DNA of 64,000 nucleotides from Giardia intestinalis (Eukaryota): NCBI GenBank assembly GCA_000002435.2, contig CM018793.1; one strand, 5' to 3'. Shown piece by piece: positions 59,113 to 64,000 of this stretch (position 1 is its first letter; each line of letters starts with the position of its first letter). The notes under the pieces were generated by a model. It saw only the letters and a program-made list of their open reading frames with translations, ran no database searches and was not told where the DNA came from. The position numbers and the translations under genes were made by a program.

Positions 59113-60141
59113 ATGGCGCTGCTCTCTGCGAAGGGCCCGGGCTACGTCGAGATGGACCTCGTCTACGTCAAGGACGGGGGCAGGGAGGAGAAGTACTTCG
59201 CGGCGGTCGAGGCGTTCTCGCGGCTCTGCTTCGTGCGGCAGCTCCCGGACCGGAAGGCGGCGAACCTCGTCCCGGTCGTCGACGAGATGCTCACGCACTT
59301 CAAGGCGAAGAGCGTCCGGGCGGACATGGAGTTCTCGGCGTTCGAGATCCTCAACCTCTTCGAGCGGCGGAGGGTCAAGGTCGACCTCGTGCCCTTCGAG
59401 GTCAGGGACTACTCGCGCCTCGCCACGATCAACCGCTTCTGCCGGTCCCTGCGCCACTACCGGATGAGCGGCGTCAAGCCGGGGGACATCGAGAAGCACC
59501 ACAACCGGGAGAAGCCGGACCACTACTACCCGCACAAGTGCACGGCGGACGTCACGTACGAGGAGAACGTCGCGGTGATGAACGCGAAGCACCGGAAGGG
59601 GATCCTGCCGCTCCGGGGCGGGCCCAGGGCAGACGCGGGCCAGACGGTCCACGTGCGGCTCCTCAAGGACGGGAAGTTCGACAAGGAGCGGCCGAAGTGG
59701 TCCCGGGCGCGGTTCCGGGTGCTCGGGGTCTTCCAGGGCCGCTACGCACTGTGCCGGGAGGGCGACAAGAGCGGCAACGTCATCCTCCGGCGCTTCAACG
59801 AGGTCGCCCCGGGGAGCAAGACGCACACGTACGCGGACGACCACGTCGAGGAGAGCAACCTCTACGTCGTCAAGCGGATCGAGGAGTGCACGGACCGGAA
59901 GAGCAACCCGGTCAGGACGCTCGCGGAGGCGAACAAGATGGACTGCTGGTACCGCGTGCGGATGCTCGACGACAGCCAGGTCTGGGTGACCGCGAACCAG
60001 GTCCGCTTCCAGTCGAACGAGCCGACGGCGGCGGAGCGGCGCTTCTTCGGGGAGAAGGCGGCCGACAAGCTCACCGTCATGCGCGCGACGAAGGAGGAGC
60101 TCGCTGCGAGCAGGAGGAAGTTCCCAGTAAATAAAAAATGA
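59113..60141 (+). CDS. Retroviral-type (rve) integrase-like protein with a DDN catalytic triad and a C-terminal chromo/SH3-like tail.
   Basis: Core layout VEMDLVYV...YFAAVEAFSRL...VRADMEFS...TINRFCRSLRHY parallels the rve family (W.vDfT...YllvviDhfSR...tDNG.EF...vERfNRtLk). The first two Asp are present, and Asn sits where the catalytic Glu normally is. The stop overlaps the next gene's start (ATGA). Confidence 0.5.
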   Translation: MALLSAKGPGYVEMDLVYVKDGGREEKYFAAVEAFSRLCFVRQLPDRKAANLVPVVDEMLTHFKAKSVRADMEFSAFEILNLFERRRVKVDLVPFEVRDYSRLATINRFCRSLRHYRMSGVKPGDIEKHHNREKPDHYYPHKCTADVTYEENVAVMNAKHRKGILPLRGGPRADAGQTVHVRLLKDGKFDKERPKWSRARFRVLGVFQGRYALCREGDKSGNVILRRFNEVAPGSKTHTYADDHVEESNLYVVKRIEECTDRKSNPVRTLAEANKMDCWYRVRMLDDSQVWVTANQVRFQSNEPTAAERRFFGEKAADKLTVMRATKEELAASRRKFPVNKK

Positions 60142-62459
60142 AACTGACGCACGAGACCCTGATCCGCTCGAACCCCGCGCAGATCCTCCTCCCGCGGTTC
60201 ACGGTCTCGCAGATCATGCGCAACGACCAGCAGGTCTCCTTCCGGATCTTCTTCACGGCGAACTACAACGCGTTCAAGGCCCGGGACTACCTAGTTGTCA
60301 AGTATGCCCAGCCGGACCAGGACGGTCTTCCGTTGACCGATGCGAACGGCTATGTGAAGTACTTTAAACCGGATACGGATCCGAAGATTCCTGCCAACGG
60401 ACTGGTGTTCGGCACGCTCCGGTATAACCCCGCCAACGACTCATATGACATCGACTGGACGCAAAGCACGGTTTCAGACGATCCGCAGCCGTCTGACATG
60501 CTGATACCTGAGCCCGTCGAGATTAGGGTGAAGAAGGCCAAGCAGAGCCGCATCCTAAAGTCCATCACTCCCACTGAAAAGGCGCTCTCCTCAGCCACGC
60601 TCGACTCGCGCAGCAAAACGCCCATCACAGACGAGTCTTCCAAGACAGACGATCAGCGCGAGGCTGAGGTCGTCGTCATGAACGTGGCCATCCCTGCACC
60701 CGAGTCTTATGCCCAAGTCCGCAAGGTTCACTATGAAGAATCGGTGCAGACTTACGCTTCCAGAATGGCCGACGTGCCCGACACTCCTCTTGGCACCATT
60801 GTATCATGCAATGCGCAGCTGACACCCAATGTTGATACGCCGCCCGAGAAGCAGAAACCAAAGGAGAAGAGGTATAAGCTAACGCCCCGGGGCAGGGTGG
60901 TTGCTGTGCGAAGCGATCGTCTCAACGAGCCGGCTCCGCTGTGGGTGCCAGACGGGATCAGAACGTTGCCACTCACATATGAGGGAGATGACACGGCCGA
61001 TAATCTCTTTCTTACGCCCACAAGGGTGGTTGATGGACAGAGGTTCACTTACTGGAACCCGTCTATGAAGTTCTACTTAAGGAAGTATAATGAAGACAAT
61101 GCCATGGGCAGCGACACTTCCTTCCCTCCGTCTCAATCATCGCAGGATCCGTCGTCGTCGACAACAGATGACCTTTCTAGTGAAATAATACTAGTGGCCG
61201 ATCCTACTGGGGGAGCGATTCCGTATTTCGAAAACGATGAGCAAAGAAACAAGTTTATCAAAGATCTAAGAAAGACACCAGGCGCCTATGCTAAGATACA
61301 ACGTGGTTTGAGTAAGAAAACATATGGATCTCTTGTCCAGGCTGACTATGACAACAGGGAGCATATCAGGGAGATGTTAGAGGAGTCGTCGATCGAGCGG
61401 GACATCCTCATTGACGGAAGCGTGATACATCTGGCAGATGAGCCCGATACGCCGGATTCGACGACGCAAGACAGTAGCGAAAATATCGACAGCGATAGCA
61501 GCGTCAATGTCAACGGCGATAGTAACATATCCGAGCCGCGCGGTCTGACTTCACAGTTACGTGTCGTTCACACGGCAAGCGACGTGGAAGAGATAACGGT
61601 CGACGATGAAGGCGGGATGGACGAGGATCTGGATGATGATGAGACGGTAATCGAAGATATAATTGAGGAGGAAGATGGAGAGGGTGAAGGAGTAGAAGAG
61701 AATGGAGATGACGACAACAATTTCGATGATATAGGCGGAATTACTGAACCGCCTGCTCAAGAGGATCCAGATACTCCTAACGATTTAGTGCCGCCTAATA
61801 ACCAAGATCCCGTTCTCGACCCTGAACCAGTCATACCCATGCGTGCCCACCTGCGACCGTTCAAGAGCCACTTCGAGCCGGGCTATGACACAGCAACCGG
61901 CGACTTCGTCTGGAAGGTCCGCCTTGGCTTCGATGGGGCGTTCGACTCGTTCGAGGACTATGTGCGTGTCTTTACCGATGCGATCTGCAAGCGCGTCCAA
62001 GAGGAAGCCTACATGGCCAGTCAGGGTCGCATGGTCGTCGATCCGAAGGAGATAATCGATGGCCTTGCTATGCTGGCTCAGAAGCGGCTCTACTTTCGCT
62101 CGAATCCGGGCTACGTCTATTGCTACTGGGACCATTGCTCGCCCCGCCTGCGCCGTCTTTTCCAACCGCCGCATTACTTCCGAGACCACTATAGCCGCCA
62201 CCTCTACTGGTACCTCATCTGCGGGACCGCAAACTGCACGGAGCTCAAGGACAACACGTTCCGCATCCTCATCGGCCGCCATGCATTCGTAGGACGCGCG
62301 GAAGAGATAACGATCGCCTCCCACGTCCCGATCACGATCCCCGGGAACTCCTTCTTCAACCCGATGAAGATCGAGATCAGGGACGAGAATGACGAGCTGT
62401 ACGAGCTTGAAACGCCGTACATCGTCGAGTGGACGTTCACGCCCCTGCGGGCGGCCTAG
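60138..62459 (+). CDS. 773-aa protein: N-terminal domain, long acidic/Ser-rich disordered middle (DEDLDDDETVIEDIIEEEDGEGEG...), and a Cys/His-containing C-terminal domain.
   Basis: Uninterrupted ORF. It is the last of seven co-directional, abutting genes (54556-62459). Confidence 0.55.
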   Translation: MKLTHETLIRSNPAQILLPRFTVSQIMRNDQQVSFRIFFTANYNAFKARDYLVVKYAQPDQDGLPLTDANGYVKYFKPDTDPKIPANGLVFGTLRYNPANDSYDIDWTQSTVSDDPQPSDMLIPEPVEIRVKKAKQSRILKSITPTEKALSSATLDSRSKTPITDESSKTDDQREAEVVVMNVAIPAPESYAQVRKVHYEESVQTYASRMADVPDTPLGTIVSCNAQLTPNVDTPPEKQKPKEKRYKLTPRGRVVAVRSDRLNEPAPLWVPDGIRTLPLTYEGDDTADNLFLTPTRVVDGQRFTYWNPSMKFYLRKYNEDNAMGSDTSFPPSQSSQDPSSSTTDDLSSEIILVADPTGGAIPYFENDEQRNKFIKDLRKTPGAYAKIQRGLSKKTYGSLVQADYDNREHIREMLEESSIERDILIDGSVIHLADEPDTPDSTTQDSSENIDSDSSVNVNGDSNISEPRGLTSQLRVVHTASDVEEITVDDEGGMDEDLDDDETVIEDIIEEEDGEGEGVEENGDDDNNFDDIGGITEPPAQEDPDTPNDLVPPNNQDPVLDPEPVIPMRAHLRPFKSHFEPGYDTATGDFVWKVRLGFDGAFDSFEDYVRVFTDAICKRVQEEAYMASQGRMVVDPKEIIDGLAMLAQKRLYFRSNPGYVYCYWDHCSPRLRRLFQPPHYFRDHYSRHLYWYLICGTANCTELKDNTFRILIGRHAFVGRAEEITIASHVPITIPGNSFFNPMKIEIRDENDELYELETPYIVEWTFTPLRAA

Positions 62460-62584
62460 CGTCGTTTACTTGCTGAGTAGCGACGCCTCTGCCTCGGCGC
62501 ACGCCTTGTTGAGCTTCAGGAGCGAGACGATTCCGCGGACCGCGGGCACCCTAGTAAACAGGCTCAGCACGAAGATCGTCAGCT

Positions 62585-63241
62585 CTAGTAGTAGAAGGAA
62601 TACTTTTTTCTGGCGGGCGACTTGATGCGGCGGGGCGTGTGCATCAGGCTCGACTCGATGATCGTGTTGAGGATGTGGTACTGCTGGGTGCTGTCCTCGA
62701 TGACGTGGCGCTTCAGCAGGTAGTAGCTCAGGCACGTGAAGACGACCTTGTGGCGGACCTTCGCGACCTCCTCGCGGTTCTTGCAGCTCTCCTTGTAGAT
62801 CCTCTTCGCGTGGTAGCAGAGCAGGTCGGCCATCGAGCGGATCTTCGCGTGGATGACGTCGTTGGAGAACAGGTCGTACGTCTTGAAGATGCCCGAGACG
62901 ACCTGACGGAACTCGATCATGCGCTCCTCCTGCTGGATGCGCTTCTTCGGATTCGTGTCGAGGCCCTTCAGAAACTCGGCGCCCGTGAGGGTGAGCTCCT
63001 TGAAGCTCTTGTCGTCCTCGAGGACCTGGCGGACGTTTTCGGGAATCTTCGCCACGTTCGTGTTGATATTCTCGAGCATCTGGGGGATCGAGGGCACGTT
63101 TACGAGCGTTTCCGCCCCGAGCATGGGCGATTCCTGCGGGATTACGCTCTTCGGGCGCGGCGGCGCCTGCTCCTCGTGGATGCCGGGCGTCATGACGTCG
63201 GAAAGGATAAGCATGTCCGCAGATTTAGCCGAAAACGCCAT
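62585..63241 (-). CDS. Hypothetical protein of about 218 aa.
   Basis: The Met at 63241 is preceded on the minus strand by the A-rich 'gaaaaataaaaaaaatcATG'. The longer track ORF to 63415 is probably an upstream extension. Confidence 0.45.
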   Translation of the reverse strand: MAFSAKSADMLILSDVMTPGIHEEQAPPRPKSVIPQESPMLGAETLVNVPSIPQMLENINTNVAKIPENVRQVLEDDKSFKELTLTGAEFLKGLDTNPKKRIQQEERMIEFRQVVSGIFKTYDLFSNDVIHAKIRSMADLLCYHAKRIYKESCKNREEVAKVRHKVVFTCLSYYLLKRHVIEDSTQQYHILNTIIESSLMHTPRRIKSPARKKYSFYY

Positions 63242-63456
63242 GATTTTTTTATTTTTCAGTGCAAACTGGCCGTTTTCTGCTATGTATAAACGTGCTGTTT
63301 GCGGCGCTTTGCGGCCGTTTGCAACGGATGTGTTGCGGATATGGCAGAGCGTTGGGCGGCAGCAAAATGAGCCGGCGGGTCGAGAATGCAACCAATGTGT
63401 TGCTGGGGCGCACATATGGGCGCATGGGCGGGAACGGTCATATACGGTCCTGTACG

Positions 63457-63507
63457 CACGTATATAGGGGGATATAGGGGTATATAATGTATGGTAGTGT
63501 AGGGATG
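63457..63507 (+). repeat. Right boundary motif: degenerate TAGGG-type units (cacgtatatagggggatataggggtatataatgtatggtagtgtagggatg).
   Basis: Direct-orientation partner of 43953..43999, with an 18-bp identical core. Confidence 0.6.
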
Positions 63508-63509
63508 TC

Positions 63510-63840
63510 CAAAAAACCAGGCGGCGGGATGGGCCGGGCCCGGCCGGCGGGGCGGGGCAGGCAGGTGGGCCGGTCTGGGGCGGAGTCCGCGGGCGCGGGG
63601 CGCATCGGGCGGCGGGGCAGACCCCGGGAAGGCGGGCGGCTGGCGGCCGGAGGGCGGGGCTAGGCGGGCCAGGGCGTATGGCGGGCGGGGCAGGTCCGGC
63701 CTAGGGGCGTTGTGGGCTGGGCGGCAGGGCAGGCAGGCAGGCGGGCGGACAGACAGCGGAGCGGGCGGGCAGAGAGAAAGCCAGGCGGGCGGCAAAAAGA
63801 ACCGGCCCGGGCCGAAAATGGCGGGGGCAGCGGGACTCGA
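63510..63840. repeat. Very GC-rich (GGCGGG/GGGGCGGG/CAGGCAGG)n low-complexity tract. It shares k-mers (cggcggggcaga, ggcgg(g)agtccg) with the upstream GC-rich region near 43200-43310.
   Basis: Composition and shared 10-12-mers were read from the sequence. It continues toward the window end. Confidence 0.55.
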
Positions 63841-64000
63841 CACGGTATGTTGGTACTGTTGATAGCCCGGCTATCCAACTGAGCCAACTGTCCCCGAGGG
63901 CCGGGGCACGAGAAACGGGATATATTACGTGTCGGCCGGCTGGGGAGAGCCCTTCGGGTCCTCTGGGTGCCATACGGCTTGAGTAAAGGAAGTATTAGGC

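Larger units (their letters stand above)
43953..63507. mobile_element. Candidate integrated virus-like or Polinton-like element, about 19.5 kb. It is a high-GC3 gene block bracketed by about 50-bp direct repeats, and it encodes an A32-like packaging ATPase, an rve-like integrase and a candidate capsid-like protein. The boundaries are provisional because related repeats extend upstream to about 41.4 kb and past the window end.
   Basis: Composition shift, flanking direct repeats, the hallmark gene combination, and tight co-directional gene packing. Confidence 0.4.

Noticed and set aside
55495-60145. Recurrent 'TAAATAAAAATG' / 'GTAAATAAAAAATG' junctions that look like poxvirus TAAAT(G) late promoters.
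   Set aside because: The T/AAAT belongs to the host-type AGTRAAY poly(A) signal overlapping the upstream stop (AAG-TAA-AT…), followed by the A-rich initiator of the next gene. The same pattern occurs at clearly cellular genes (RPL11, H2B, MsrB) in the window, and AGTGAAT variants occur too.
61785-62324. 179-aa minus-strand ORF.
   Set aside because: Antisense within the 60138..62459 gene. It lacks initiator and poly(A) context. Likewise 55545..56414(-), 54550..55518(-), 58978..59844(-), 59538..60134(+), 49591..50922(+) and 62639..63289(+) are reverse or alternate-frame artefacts of high-GC3 genes.
43953-63960. Search for a protein-primed family-B DNA polymerase and adenain/Ulp1-like protease to complete a Polinton gene set.
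   Set aside because: No ORF shows the DxxSLYPS / KxxxNSxYG / YGDTDS PolB motifs or a His-Glu/Asp-Gln-Cys protease layout. The largest candidates are a coiled-coil protein and a membrane protein. The element is therefore not claimed as an autonomous Polinton.
1-64000. Whole window as a giant-virus genome (histone H2B as in medusaviruses/marseilleviruses, ankyrin repeats, a huge ORF, high-GC stretches).
   Set aside because: A complete cytosolic ribosomal protein L11 gene, ALG13, MsrB, an XPD-family helicase, host-specific poly(A) and initiator signals and a histone-promoter motif argue for a cellular (diplomonad) chromosome. Only the 44-63.5 kb block looks virus-derived.
1-64000. CRISPR arrays, prokaryotic operons or defence islands.
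   Set aside because: No short regularly spaced direct repeats and no Shine-Dalgarno-type spacing. The gene structure and signals are eukaryotic.

Overview
This window reads as nuclear DNA of an intron-poor, gene-dense protist, most consistent with a diplomonad such as Giardia. It does not look like a prokaryote or a free giant virus. The evidence for that host call is: (i) an intronless 60S ribosomal protein L11/uL5 gene and two histone H2B genes; (ii) stop codons repeatedly embedded in AGT[A/G]AA[C/T], the Giardia polyadenylation signal (AGTAAAC at 21025, AGTAAAT at the RPL11, H2B, MsrB and 45513 gene ends, AGTGAAT/AGTGAAC at 53074, 55896, 56462, 59097); (iii) very short A-rich initiators directly abutting ATG (aaataaaaATG, aaaaaaaaatcATGG), with divergent promoters only 12-60 bp long; (iv) a GGGGCGCAGATTTCGG element about 35 bp upstream of each H2B ATG, which resembles the conserved Giardia histone-gene upstream motif; (v) about 49% GC with genes on both strands. 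The first 41 kb carries host genes. These are a single 6966-aa ORF, RPL11, a MYND-finger protein, an ankyrin-repeat protein, two perfect 465-bp H2B repeat copies flanking a 1700-aa ORF, ALG13, MsrB, an XPD/Rad3-family Fe-S helicase, and a 985-aa S/T-rich protein. After a 2.5-kb very GC-rich non-coding stretch (41.4-43.95 kb) comes a compositionally distinct, high-GC3, tightly packed gene block of about 19.5 kb (43.95-63.5 kb). That block is bracketed by about 50-bp direct repeats built from degenerate TAGGG telomere-like units with an 18-bp identical core. Inside it are a poxvirus A32-like (FtsK/HerA) genome-packaging ATPase, a retroviral-type rve integrase-like protein, an 872-aa protein whose N-terminus resembles the first jelly-roll of double-jelly-roll capsid proteins, and transmembrane, RING and coiled-coil proteins. 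I interpret this block as a candidate endogenous Polinton-like or NCLDV-like viral element that uses host expression signals. That interpretation is the main hunt result and it is inference; no database search was possible.
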